Positions 1 to 9,402 of a stretch of 64,000 nt of DNA are shown one piece after another (the first letter of the stretch is position 1; the number at the start of each line of letters is the position of its first letter). The stretch spans positions 384,001-448,000 of the forward strand of contig OZ251992.1 in NCBI GenBank assembly GCA_965246885.1. Reading direction: 5' to 3'. The position numbers were made by a program, and so were the translations under genes. The notes beneath the pieces are model-generated. The model was given only the letters and a program-made list of their open reading frames with translations, searched no databases and was not told the origin of the DNA. Source of the DNA: Abditibacterium sp. (GTDB lineage: Bacteria > Armatimonadota > Abditibacteriia > Abditibacteriales > Abditibacteriaceae).

Positions 1-1437
1 GTACTCGAAGGGCGGGGGCGCGGCGCCATCTTTCCATGCGTTGAGGATGGGGTCAACGATGCCCCACGCAGTTTCGCTTTCGTCGCGGCGGGTGAAGAGC
101 GTCGAGTCGCCGATAAGCGCGTCGTGGAGCAGGCGCTCGTAGGCTTCAGGCGGCTCGGCGCCGAAGGTCTCAGCGTAGTCGAAGCTCATGCGCACGTCGC
201 GGATTTCGTTGCTTCCCGGCACTTTGGCGTTCATGCGGAGCGCGAAGCCGTCATTGGGCTGGATGCGCATCACGAGCATGTTGGATTTGAGGCGCGCGCT
301 GGACTCTTCGTTGTAAAGCACGTTGGGCACGTCCTTCCAGCGAATGACGACTTCCGAGACGCGCTCTTCGAGGTTCTTGCCGTGCCGCAAGTAGATGGGC
401 ACGCCGCTCCAGCGCCAGTTGTCCACTTCGAGCTTCAAAGCGACGTAGGTTTCGACGTGCGAATCGGGAGCGACGCCTTCAGCGGTTTTGTAACCCTCGT
501 ATTGGCCGCGCAGGGTGTTGCGCGCGACCTGTTCGGGCGTCATCGGCTTGATGGCGCGCAGCACTTTGAGCTTTTCGTCGCGCACGTCGTCGGCGCCAAG
601 GCTGGTCGGCGGCTCCATGCACACGAGGCTCATCACTTGGAACATGTGGTTGACGACCATATCCCGCAACGCGCCAGAGGTTTCGTAGTAGCCTGCGCGC
701 TTGCCGACATCCACCTTTTCGGCGACGACGATCTGGATGTGATCCACGAAGTGCGAGTTCCAGATTGGCTCCCACAAGAGGTTGCCAAAGCGCAGCGTGA
801 GGATGTTCTGCACAGTCTCCTTGCCAAGGTAGTGGTCAATGCGAAAGACCTCCTCTTCGGGGAAATACTTGGCGATGAGTGCGTTGAGGTCGCGGGCCGA
901 CTGGAGGTCGGTGCCAAAAGGCTTTTCGACGATGACGCGGCGCCAGCCTTTGGCACCAGCCTTGCGCGCGCTCTTGCGGATCTCGCCGAGGTTCTGAATG
1001 ACCGGCGCGAACTCTTCGGGCGGGATGGAGAGGTAATACAAGCGGTTATCGCCCGCACCGACTTGTTGGCCGACTTGGACGAGCCGCTCTTCCAACTTCT
1101 GGTGCGAGGCCGCGTCGCCGTAGCCTTCGCCCTGCTGATAGAAAATGCGGCCTTCCAACCACTTCCACTTGGCCTCGTCGAACGGGAGGCGCGCGAACTC
1201 CTTGATGCCCTCGCCCAAACTTTGGCGAAAAGCGGCCTCGTCTTGCGGGCGGCGCCCGAAGCCCACGATGGCGAACTCGTCGGGCAGTAGGTTCTGCGCG
1301 GCCAAGTCGTAGAGCGCGGGAAGCAACTTGCGGCGCGTCAGGTCGCCCGTCGCGCCAAAGATGGTCATCACGCACGGCGGCGAGCAGCGCGAACCGGAAC
1401 GCGGGGAAGCGGAGTTGGAAACGGTGGAGTCGGACAT
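1..1437 (-). CDS. zwf: Glucose-6-phosphate 1-dehydrogenase (3' end runs off the window)
   Basis: Manual minus-strand translation from ATG at 1437: MSDSTVSNS...VMTIFGATGDLTRRKLLPALYDL, with RIDHYLGKETV and DMVVNHMFQ motifs. Absent from the ORF track because it has no stop inside the window. Confidence 0.95.
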   Translation of the reverse strand, partial: MSDSTVSNSASPRSGSRCSPPCVMTIFGATGDLTRRKLLPALYDLAAQNLLPDEFAIVGFGRRPQDEAAFRQSLGEGIKEFARLPFDEAKWKWLEGRIFYQQGEGYGDAASHQKLEERLVQVGQQVGAGDNRLYYLSIPPEEFAPVIQNLGEIRKSARKAGAKGWRRVIVEKPFGTDLQSARDLNALIAKYFPEEEVFRIDHYLGKETVQNILTLRFGNLLWEPIWNSHFVDHIQIVVAEKVDVGKRAGYYETSGALRDMVVNHMFQVMSLVCMEPPTSLGADDVRDEKLKVLRAIKPMTPEQVARNTLRGQYEGYKTAEGVAPDSHVETYVALKLEVDNWRWSGVPIYLRHGKNLEERVSEVVIRWKDVPNVLYNEESSARLKSNMLVMRIQPNDGFALRMNAKVPGSNEIRDVRMSFDYAETFGAEPPEAYERLLHDALIGDSTLFTRRDESETAWGIVDPILNAWKDGAAPPPFEY

Positions 1438-1548
1438 AAGAAAAGGCGCCTGAGGCGCGGCGGCGCGCGCTTTGTAGGATAGCCGCGCGTCCCCCTTCGC
1501 GTTCAAGATACGGGCCGCGCCGCCCCGGCTGGAAGACAATTACCCGCA

Positions 1549-2340
1549 CTAAACGGGCGCGGTTTCGGATGCGGCGGCGATGGCGGCCTCGACGGGCGAC
1601 AGGGCACGGCGCGCGGGGTCGAAGTTCATCGGCTCGTGCAAGCCGACAGCGGGATTGCAAATGAAGCGCACGTCACCGCCGGTCTTGACGCTGCGCGCGT
1701 GGAGCATGAACGGATGCAACAGCGCCACGTCGCCCGGCTCGCCCGTGAGTTCGACGGCGCGCGCCGTTAGATCGGGAATGGCGGCGCAGACGCGCCCCGC
1801 CAATTGGTGGACATCCAACCCTTCCGGCTCGGACGCGGCCAAAATGCGCGCCGCGACGCCGTGCGAGCCGGGGCAAACCGCCGTGCCGCCCTCGCCGCGC
1901 GCGATGTCGGAGAAGATAAATAGCGGCAACAGCCCTTGGTCGCGGCTGTTCAAGTGGTGGTGAAACTGGATGCCGTCCACGTGCCAACCTTTGTCGGGCG
2001 CCGTCCAAGGCGGCGCGGCGAAACCGGGAAACGCGACGGGCCACCAGCCGAGAGTGTTGGGCACCCAATAGCGCCCCGCGCCCAGAAGCTGGTCGAGCGC
2101 GGCGAGAACGCGGGGTTGCCACACGCGGGTAAACGGCTCGCCGCCAAAGGACTTCTGGATGTGAACCACTTCGCGCCAAGTGTCGGGCGCGGCGCGTTGC
2201 ACGCCCTCTTTTTCCAGTTCGCGCCACAGCGCGGCGCGCACGTCCTCCGCCAAAGCGCGCGGAAACGCGCCGCGAAGGAGGGTGTAGCCGTCGCGGGCGA
2301 ATTGTTCGAGTTGGTCGGCGCAAAGAATGGGTTGGGACAT
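1549..2340 (-). CDS. Phytanoyl-CoA dioxygenase family (2OG-Fe(II) oxygenase)
   Basis: MSQPILCADQLEQFARDGY start, HxD motif (WHVDG), PGSH, and GDVALLHPFMLH distal His. Confidence 0.85.
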   Translation of the reverse strand: MSQPILCADQLEQFARDGYTLLRGAFPRALAEDVRAALWRELEKEGVQRAAPDTWREVVHIQKSFGGEPFTRVWQPRVLAALDQLLGAGRYWVPNTLGWWPVAFPGFAAPPWTAPDKGWHVDGIQFHHHLNSRDQGLLPLFIFSDIARGEGGTAVCPGSHGVAARILAASEPEGLDVHQLAGRVCAAIPDLTARAVELTGEPGDVALLHPFMLHARSVKTGGDVRFICNPAVGLHEPMNFDPARRALSPVEAAIAAASETAPV

Positions 2341-2354
2341 GGCGGCTTTCAAGG

Positions 2355-3164
2355 TTAACCGACAATTTGCGGCCACGCGCCGCACAGATGGCCCTCGTGA
2401 AAGCGAATCTCGCCCGCCCTTAGCGCGCTTTCGAGGGCGGACGGCGCGAGGTTGCACAGCGTGCCCTCCCTCGTGACGACGCACTTGCCGACTTCTTCGG
2501 GCGGCAGCACTTCCACGATCTCGCGCGCCGATGCCAGCATCGCGCGCCACTTGGCGCCCAGTGCGAGCGGGTCGGGCAGAGTGCCGTCGAAGGACAGTTT
2601 GCGCAGTTCGGGAGCGGAAAAGCGCGTCGAGCGCGTCGCCTCGTCGAGCAGGAAGAGCGGCGAGTAGCCGGGGTCTTTGCCGCACGCCGCCCACGCCAGA
2701 AAGCCCAGATGCTGCAAATTATCGCTACAGGTCATGGTGTCCACCCAATCGCGTGGCTCGATGCGCCCGACGAAAGCCAGCACTTTGTTCGTCGCGCTGT
2801 CGAGGGGGTGGAGTGTCAGCCCCAAGTCGGGGTGTTCTATGAGCGGAAAGAAGCGAAACGCACTGTCGTAGGCCCACTGCATCACGAGTTCCTCGCCGCC
2901 GCGTTCGATGCGCGCTTCGATGAAGGTCGGGAAACGCCGCAACTGCTGCACGGCGTAGCCGCTCCCTTCCAACAGGGCACGGTCTTCGTCCCACGACTGG
3001 CCAACCGCCGCTTCGCTGTCGTGGAACACGTCCACGTCGTCCGACAAGCGCGTGCCGCCCAAGAGGAGGTTGAGAGCCACGCCACCCGCGACATAGCCTT
3101 TTTGCGCGGCGCGGTTTTGCGCCAGCAAACGGCAGACAGTGCGCTGAAAGGGAGTGAGGGCCAT
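2355..3164 (-). CDS. AbiEii/AbiGii-like nucleotidyltransferase (putative type IV toxin)
   Basis: YVAGGVALN...RLSDDVDVF Pol-beta-type NTase motif; later NKVLAF...RIEPRDWVD motif typical of AbiEii-like proteins. Confidence 0.7.
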   Translation of the reverse strand: MALTPFQRTVCRLLAQNRAAQKGYVAGGVALNLLLGGTRLSDDVDVFHDSEAAVGQSWDEDRALLEGSGYAVQQLRRFPTFIEARIERGGEELVMQWAYDSAFRFFPLIEHPDLGLTLHPLDSATNKVLAFVGRIEPRDWVDTMTCSDNLQHLGFLAWAACGKDPGYSPLFLLDEATRSTRFSAPELRKLSFDGTLPDPLALGAKWRAMLASAREIVEVLPPEEVGKCVVTREGTLCNLAPSALESALRAGEIRFHEGHLCGAWPQIVG

Positions 3165-3167
3165 CGT

Positions 3168-3362
3168 TTAGACCGCCAAGCGCCGCCGCAGGAGCATCGC
3201 GCGCACGAAAATCGCGCGGTCGCCGCGCGCAGCGATGTCCTTCAATACCCCGCGCGCTTCCTCGCTGGTCTGCGGATAGTAATCGGCGCGCATCCACCAC
3301 AGCGCGCGGGCGCGGTGCTCGTCCATGAATTGCCAAATTTCGCGTTTGAGGTCGTCGTTCAT
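3168..3362 (-). CDS. Small protein, putative antitoxin partner of the nucleotidyltransferase
   Basis: 64 aa (MNDDLKREIWQFMDEHRARALWW...). Stop lies 3 nt before the NTase ATG, consistent with a two-gene operon. Confidence 0.6.
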   Translation of the reverse strand: MNDDLKREIWQFMDEHRARALWWMRADYYPQTSEEARGVLKDIAARGDRAIFVRAMLLRRRLAV

Positions 3363-3434
3363 CGCCCTTCCAGTTTGCCGCGCCCGAAGATGGGACGGAC
3401 GGACGAAAATTGGCGACACTGGCGGCTGATTCCG

Positions 3435-4070
3435 ATGCAGTCACCTTTTTCCAACACGAACGCGTTTGGCGCCCGCTCGACCGACGCCCGCTTTGGCTTC
3501 CAAAATTACATCATCAAGCGCAAGGCGCTGCAAATGTTCGGCGCCACGCTCTACCTCTACGGCCCCGACGAGCAGATGATCATGTGGGGGCAACGCCAAG
3601 CGTTCAAGCTCAAAAGCGAACTGACGCTGTTTTCCGATGACACGCAGTCGCAGGCCATCATCCGCCTCGTGCCGCGCACCATCCTCGATATGTCGGCGGC
3701 CTACGATGTCTACGACGCCATCACCGGCCAAAAGGTCGGCGTCTTTAAGCGCAAGGGTTTAACCTCCATGCTGGTGCAGGACACATGGACGATCATGGAC
3801 ACCCAAGACCGCGAAGTCGGGCAAGTGCAAGAGGATTCGGCGCTACTGGGCTTCATCCGGCGCTACGTCGAAAACGCGGCGATTCTATTCCCGCAAAAGT
3901 TCCACGCCACCCTGAACGGCGTTCCCGTCGCCGTGTATGCGCGCCATAAAAACTTTTTCACGTCGCGCATGGATATAGACTTTTCCGCCGACACGAACGC
4001 CCTCTTCGACCGCCGGTTGGGGCTGGCGATGGCAATGCTCCTCGAAGCCGTCGAGCATAAAGGCCGCTAA
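3435..4070 (+). CDS. LURP-one/scramblase (Tubby C-terminal-like) family protein
   Basis: Pattern IKRK...LYLYGPDEQ..QAFKLK...YDVYDAITGQKVG.FKRK...WTIMD..DREVG...DRRLGLA. ATG 3435 chosen over the long upstream extension. Confidence 0.7.
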   Translation: MQSPFSNTNAFGARSTDARFGFQNYIIKRKALQMFGATLYLYGPDEQMIMWGQRQAFKLKSELTLFSDDTQSQAIIRLVPRTILDMSAAYDVYDAITGQKVGVFKRKGLTSMLVQDTWTIMDTQDREVGQVQEDSALLGFIRRYVENAAILFPQKFHATLNGVPVAVYARHKNFFTSRMDIDFSADTNALFDRRLGLAMAMLLEAVEHKGR

Positions 4071-4072
4071 AC

Positions 4073-5068
4073 ATGCAATACACACCCAACTCCGCGCGCT
4101 ACGACGCGATGCAATACCGCCGCGCCGGTCGCTCCGGCCTCAAACTGCCCGCCGTATCACTTGGCCTGTGGCACAACTTCGGCGGCGTGGACAGCCTCGA
4201 AAACGTGCGTGCCATGCTGCGCACCGCCTTTGATTTAGGCGTCACCCACTTCGATTTGGCCGACAACTACGGCCCGCCTGCCGGGAGCGCCGAAGCGAAT
4301 TTTGGCTTGCTCGTCAACCAAGACTGGCGTCCCCTGCGCGACGAACTCATCATTTCCACCAAGGCAGGATGTGGCATGTGGCCGGGGCCGTATGGCAACT
4401 GGGGGAGCCGCAAATACTTGTTGGCCGGCTTGAACGCCAGTTTGAAGCGGATGAACCTCGATTATGTGGACATTTTTTACCACCACCGCCCCGACCCCGA
4501 CACGCCACTCGAAGAAACGATGGGCGCGCTCGCTTCGGCAGTTCAAAGCGGCAAGGCGCTCTATGCCGCGATTTCCAACTACCCCGCCGAGCGCGCCGCA
4601 CAAGCTGCGCAGATTCTGCGCGACTTGAAGGTGCCGTGCTTGCTCGACCAGCCGTCTTATTCCATCTTCAACCGTTGGCTCGAACGGGACGGCTTGCTCT
4701 CCACCCTTGAAACCGAGGGAGTCGGTTGTATCGTGTTCTCGCCGCTCGCGCAGGGGATGCTGTCGGATAAGTATCTCGGCGGCATCCCGTCCGATTCGCG
4801 CGCCGCCAGTGCGACCGGCTCTCTATCAGAAAGCGCCCTGTCGCCCGAAGCCATCGAGCGCATCCGCGCGCTCAACGCCATAGCGCGCGAACGCGGACAA
4901 TCCCTCGCGCAAATGGCACTCGCGTGGTGCCTGCGCCATCCGCAAATGACTTCGGTACTCATCGGCGCAAGCAAACCCGCGCAGATAGAGGACAGCGTGG
5001 GCGCCCTGCAAAACCTCGACTTTTCCGCCGAGGAATTGGCGCGCATTGACGAAATCGCGCCGAGGTAA
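4073..5068 (+). CDS. Aldo/keto reductase (L-glyceraldehyde 3-phosphate reductase, YghZ/Gpr-like)
   Basis: GRSGLKLPAVSLGLWHNFG, FDLADNYGPPAGSAE, ISTKAG and DYVDIFYHHRPD motifs. Confidence 0.92.
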   Translation: MQYTPNSARYDAMQYRRAGRSGLKLPAVSLGLWHNFGGVDSLENVRAMLRTAFDLGVTHFDLADNYGPPAGSAEANFGLLVNQDWRPLRDELIISTKAGCGMWPGPYGNWGSRKYLLAGLNASLKRMNLDYVDIFYHHRPDPDTPLEETMGALASAVQSGKALYAAISNYPAERAAQAAQILRDLKVPCLLDQPSYSIFNRWLERDGLLSTLETEGVGCIVFSPLAQGMLSDKYLGGIPSDSRAASATGSLSESALSPEAIERIRALNAIARERGQSLAQMALAWCLRHPQMTSVLIGASKPAQIEDSVGALQNLDFSAEELARIDEIAPR

Positions 5069-5080
5069 AGGTGTTCCCGC

Positions 5081-6307
5081 TTAGGAGAACATCTTTTTCA
5101 GGAACCCGCCTTTCTTGGCGGGTTCTTCCATTGGCGCGGCTTCGAGGCCCAGTATCTCGTGCGCTAAACGGTTGATCTCCTTGGCGATGGGGGTGGTGGG
5201 GTCGTAGATGACGAACGGCTTGCCCTCGTTGATGGAGCGCACCACGATGCGGCCATCGGAGGGGACTTTGGAGATCATCTTGACGCCCAACACGTTCTCG
5301 ACATCGGCGAGGGAGATGCCGACATCGGAGTTGGCGCGGTTGAGCACGGGCTGTATCTTTTCGGGCGTGTAAAGTTGCCGCAGCATCTCCAAGGCGGTGC
5401 GGGTCTTGTGCAGCGCGAGCAGGTCGAGCGAGGTGAGGAGCAGGACGGTCTTGGCGGCGTCGAGAACGGCGAGGGTGGTGTCTTGGAGTTGCGAGGGCGT
5501 GTCCACGATAATGACATCGTAGTTGTCACGCAGGGTGTCAATGACTTGCTCGACGGTGTAGACGGTGATGGACTCGGCGTATTGCGGCGTCGAAGGCGCA
5601 ACCAACACTTTGAGGCCCGATTCGGGATGCACCGTCAGATACTGCTCCAACAGTTCGGCGTCAATCCCGCCGTGCCCCTTCTGGGCGAGGCCCGCGATGG
5701 TGTTTTGCGGGGACAGGTTGAGCATTAGGTCTATGTCGCCGAACTGCAAGTTGAGGTCAACCAGCGCCACGCGCGGCGGCTTGCCTTCGGCGCCCAAGAT
5801 TTTGGCGAGCGCGACGGCAAGGTTGGCCGAGAGCATGGATTTCCCGGCGCCGCCTTGGGGCGAGTAGATGGCGATGACATCGCCGCGTTTGCGCGAGGGG
5901 TCTTGCGAGGGCGGCGCGGCGAAGTCGCGTTGCTTGGCGGCGGTGGTGTGAACGTGGCGAACGGCGGAGAGAAGGTCGTCGTTCGAGACGGGACGCATCA
6001 AGCAGTCACGGGCGCCAGCGCGCATCAAGCGGCGCATCAGTTCCATATCCGCGCCGTCGAGGAGGACGATGGTCGCGGTATCGGCGTTAGCTTCGGCGAT
6101 TTCGTCGAGTATGGACAGCGAATCGCCGCCCAAAAGGGCGCCGTCGAGGAGGACGACCGCCGGGCGCAATTGACGGCACAAATCGAGGGCGCTGCGCCGG
6201 TCGTTGGCACTACCGACCACCGAGACTTCGGAGTCGCGCGACAACATGATTTCCAAGTCGCGGCAGGAATCGGCGCGGGGATCGGCGAGGAGGACGGAAA
6301 TAGGCAT
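5081..6307 (-). CDS. cpaE: Flp/Tad pilus assembly protein CpaE/TadZ (receiver domain + MinD-like ATPase)
   Basis: N-terminal REC-like domain, deviant Walker A SPQGGAGKS, VDLNLQFGD, IIVDTP; lies downstream of cpaB-cpaC. Confidence 0.88.
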   Translation of the reverse strand: MPISVLLADPRADSCRDLEIMLSRDSEVSVVGSANDRRSALDLCRQLRPAVVLLDGALLGGDSLSILDEIAEANADTATIVLLDGADMELMRRLMRAGARDCLMRPVSNDDLLSAVRHVHTTAAKQRDFAAPPSQDPSRKRGDVIAIYSPQGGAGKSMLSANLAVALAKILGAEGKPPRVALVDLNLQFGDIDLMLNLSPQNTIAGLAQKGHGGIDAELLEQYLTVHPESGLKVLVAPSTPQYAESITVYTVEQVIDTLRDNYDVIIVDTPSQLQDTTLAVLDAAKTVLLLTSLDLLALHKTRTALEMLRQLYTPEKIQPVLNRANSDVGISLADVENVLGVKMISKVPSDGRIVVRSINEGKPFVIYDPTTPIAKEINRLAHEILGLEAAPMEEPAKKGGFLKKMFS

Positions 6308-6420
6308 GAGAGCAGGTGGAAAGTCTAAGGAGGCGGAAACAGAACCCGGAGAGTAAGCGATGGGCACGCCCATCGGTGGCTGTCGCGCGTGCCCGTCACT
6401 TACTCTCCGGGTTCTTGTTA

Positions 6421-9372
6421 TCAACCGGGCGCGCGTGTGGTGGATTGGAACAGGATGGCGTTGGAGTCTTGGCGCGACGGGAGTTGCGGGAACGACGGCA
6501 TGCGGTCTTTAAACGCTTCCGTTGTTGGGGTCGCGGGCAAGGAGTCTATGCGCGGGGTCATGAAAATGGCCAACTCCGTTTCGTTGTTCTCGAAGCGGTG
6601 CGACTGGAAGAGGGAGCCGATGATGGGGATGCTGCCCAAGATGGGCACGCGGCTGGTCTGCTGGCGCTTCTCGTTGGTGATAAGGCCGCCCATGATGATG
6701 ACGTCGCCGGGACGCACGGCGAGCGAGGTGTCAATGGAGCGCACGGTTTCGCCGGGGATGAGCGCACCATTGAGGTTGATTTCAAAGGTGCGGTCGGGCT
6801 GGGTGATATCGGCGCGGATTTGCAAGAGGATGGTGTTGTCGTCGGACACGGTCGGGCGCATCGAGATGATGACACCATAGCGCCGGAACTCGACGCTTTG
6901 CGCCGTCGCGCCCGTTGTGGCGACGGCGGACGGGACGGGTCGCTCGCCGCCGATGGTGATTTGCGCGGGCATCCCTTCGACGGCGCGGATGTTGGGGCGC
7001 GACAGGACGCGGGCGTCGCCGCGCGATTCGAGGGCGTTGAGTTGAACGCGGAACGGGTCAATGAAGCTCCCGCCGCCAAAACCGCCAAAACCGTTGCCAG
7101 CGAGGGCTTGGCCCTCCTTGAAGGTGGGGGAGATGGTGCGCGTCGTTACGCCGTTCGAGATGGTCTCGCCCGTTGTGGTGGCCGTGCCGAACTGCGCGCC
7201 CAAGTTGCGTAGCGCGGTGCGGGAAATCTCCACGACGCTGGTTTCAACAGTCACGTTGCGCACCGTCGCTTGGGAGGGGTCGGTGATGCGCACAAACATT
7301 TGCACGCCCAGCGCCCGCAAGTAGCCGCCTGCCGGGTCGTAGGCAGGGAGCGCTGGTTCGATGCCCGATGGCCGCAACGTGCCCGCCGCGCTTTGGAACA
7401 GGATGGTGCCGTAGCGTTTGACGGTTTCATAGTCGCCGCGCGTGGCGACGGTGCCGTAGATGGCGGCGGAGTTGGGCGAGGTGCGCGAGACGGTCACAGT
7501 GGTAATACCCGTCACGGCGCGCAATCGCTCGGTGAGCGTCCTGTCTTCGCCTTGGAGCGCCTGCGTTTGGTAGTAGGGGTCTTGCGCGCTGGTTTGACCG
7601 GGCACGACGATAAAGGGCATGACGGGCTGGCCGAGCGAGGGCAAGATGCGCAAAATCGCTTCGGCGTCTTCGGCAGAGGCGGCGCGCGCTTTGAGAGCGA
7701 GACCGCCCGGAAGCGCGACGAGTTCAATACTGGAGTTGCCCGTCAAGCGGCGCAAGTTGCTTTGCAGGGCGCCTTCGGGACTGGCGCTGTAGGTGCCCGT
7801 CGAAACGGTGTCAATGGTGGGCGCGCTGGAGTCGGCGTATAAAGAACTCAGAACGCGGCTCACATAGAAGGACGCAGTGGCCTGCGCGCCCTCAACTTCG
7901 GCGGCGTTGCGGAGTGTGCCCGTCAAGCGCGCGGCGAGGGTGCCGTCGGGCAAACGCACGACGGACGTGCGCACGCGCGGGTCGGCGAGCGCGATTTGAA
8001 TGGACGCCTCGACAGCGCGCGGGTCGCGCGACAATAGAGGCGCAGCCGAGGTGCCGCCGCGTGCGACGGTTTGGACGCGGTAAACGTTGGCGCGTCCAAC
8101 GGCGTCGCCGGGGTAGCGCGCGGTGAAGACGGCGAGGGTCGAGATGCCCGCTCCGGTGCCGGTCACGGCGATGGTGCGGGCGTTAATGGCGCGGGCGTCC
8201 ATCACGTTCGGATCGGAAAAGAAGACCGACAGGATGTTGTCGGGGAACGACACCAAGCGCGCCAAGCCTTGCGTCACTTCGATGCCGGGGCGCGGGCCAC
8301 CCATAGCGACGCCGTGCGGCAGGTGTGAGGTGGTGCGATACGGTACGCTCGCGTTTTGGACGCGGGCGGGTTGGGGCAGGATGGGCGACACGCGCGCCGG
8401 ACGCGGCGCGGGGAATCCGGCATCGGCGGGCGGAAGGGGGCGGAGCACGACGGCCCCTCCCGGCGTGGCGGAAAAGGTCGGCGGACGCTTCGCGGGAGTC
8501 GGCGAACCGGTCGCGCGCGCCCCGGAATGACCCGCCGACGCTGGGAGATCGGGCAGAGAGGGCGTTGGAACGGCGAGCGAGTCGTCCGGCAAGTTCAGCG
8601 TGCCCCCATTCGCCGTGCCCGCCCCCGCCGGAGTGGGTAGCGTCGCGCCGAAATTGGTCGGGCCGTTGGGCGTTCCGGCGGGCGGGTTGATGACCGCGCC
8701 GCCATTGGGAAACCCGGCGGGAGCCGTCGCGGAGTTAACACCGGACGAAAACAAGCCGCTTCCCGCTCTGTTTAACGGTTGCACACCGCCCAGATTGGAG
8801 GGGATAGTTGGCATCTGCGAGAGCGGGTCGGAGGCCGCGAGTTGCGATTGCGCGCGTTGCGTCACAAGCGGTTGCTCAACCGCATGGGCAGATACAACAG
8901 CGACTGGAAGCGGAGCCGGAACGGGCGCCATTGGAATGGGCATCGGCGGCGTGGCGAGGGAATGTGAGTGGGCGACAAAGCGGAACAGGAGATGGTCGCG
9001 CGTGCCATCGGGGTTCTCGACGCGCACCCGGACGGCGCCGGGAGAAAGGGCGCGCACGGTCAGCGTGCCGCTTTGCGCGTTGATGTGCGCGTTTTGGGCG
9101 CCGCTCACCACGATCCAGCGCGCGCCGGACGCAAGCGGAAAGCAGGCACTTTTGCCCACACGGAGCATCATCGGCGGCGCCACAACTGGCGCGAGCGAGG
9201 CGCTATGAGCGCGCGGCGCATAAAAGGCGGGCCACACGAGGACAAACCCCAAACACAGCGCGCGGCGCCGACGCAGGGAAAAGAGCGGTTCGGGCGCGGC
9301 GAGCGAGCGGGTCAAAACGCGCGGCGTCCGGTGCGAACGCAGGGCGGACGCGAGAAATGGCGAAGAATTCAT
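6421..9372 (-). CDS. cpaC: Flp/Tad pilus secretin CpaC/RcpA-like, with a long Pro-rich N-terminal region
   Basis: C-terminal secretin motifs (ARVLSRPNI..EG.PAQITIGGERPV, VEFRRYGV, IMGGLI, VPILGSIPIIGSLF, ETELAIFMTPRI) plus a pilus-formation N-terminal domain. Start position uncertain. Confidence 0.85.
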   Translation of the reverse strand: MNSSPFLASALRSHRTPRVLTRSLAAPEPLFSLRRRRALCLGFVLVWPAFYAPRAHSASLAPVVAPPMMLRVGKSACFPLASGARWIVVSGAQNAHINAQSGTLTVRALSPGAVRVRVENPDGTRDHLLFRFVAHSHSLATPPMPIPMAPVPAPLPVAVVSAHAVEQPLVTQRAQSQLAASDPLSQMPTIPSNLGGVQPLNRAGSGLFSSGVNSATAPAGFPNGGAVINPPAGTPNGPTNFGATLPTPAGAGTANGGTLNLPDDSLAVPTPSLPDLPASAGHSGARATGSPTPAKRPPTFSATPGGAVVLRPLPPADAGFPAPRPARVSPILPQPARVQNASVPYRTTSHLPHGVAMGGPRPGIEVTQGLARLVSFPDNILSVFFSDPNVMDARAINARTIAVTGTGAGISTLAVFTARYPGDAVGRANVYRVQTVARGGTSAAPLLSRDPRAVEASIQIALADPRVRTSVVRLPDGTLAARLTGTLRNAAEVEGAQATASFYVSRVLSSLYADSSAPTIDTVSTGTYSASPEGALQSNLRRLTGNSSIELVALPGGLALKARAASAEDAEAILRILPSLGQPVMPFIVVPGQTSAQDPYYQTQALQGEDRTLTERLRAVTGITTVTVSRTSPNSAAIYGTVATRGDYETVKRYGTILFQSAAGTLRPSGIEPALPAYDPAGGYLRALGVQMFVRITDPSQATVRNVTVETSVVEISRTALRNLGAQFGTATTTGETISNGVTTRTISPTFKEGQALAGNGFGGFGGGSFIDPFRVQLNALESRGDARVLSRPNIRAVEGMPAQITIGGERPVPSAVATTGATAQSVEFRRYGVIISMRPTVSDDNTILLQIRADITQPDRTFEINLNGALIPGETVRSIDTSLAVRPGDVIIMGGLITNEKRQQTSRVPILGSIPIIGSLFQSHRFENNETELAIFMTPRIDSLPATPTTEAFKDRMPSFPQLPSRQDSNAILFQSTTRAPG

Positions 9373-9402
9373 GGCGAAAAGGACGAAATGGGACGGCGAA
9401 AA

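Noticed and set aside
124..1290. 388-aa plus-strand ORF
   Set aside because: Antisense shadow of zwf, whose motifs are clear on the minus strand.
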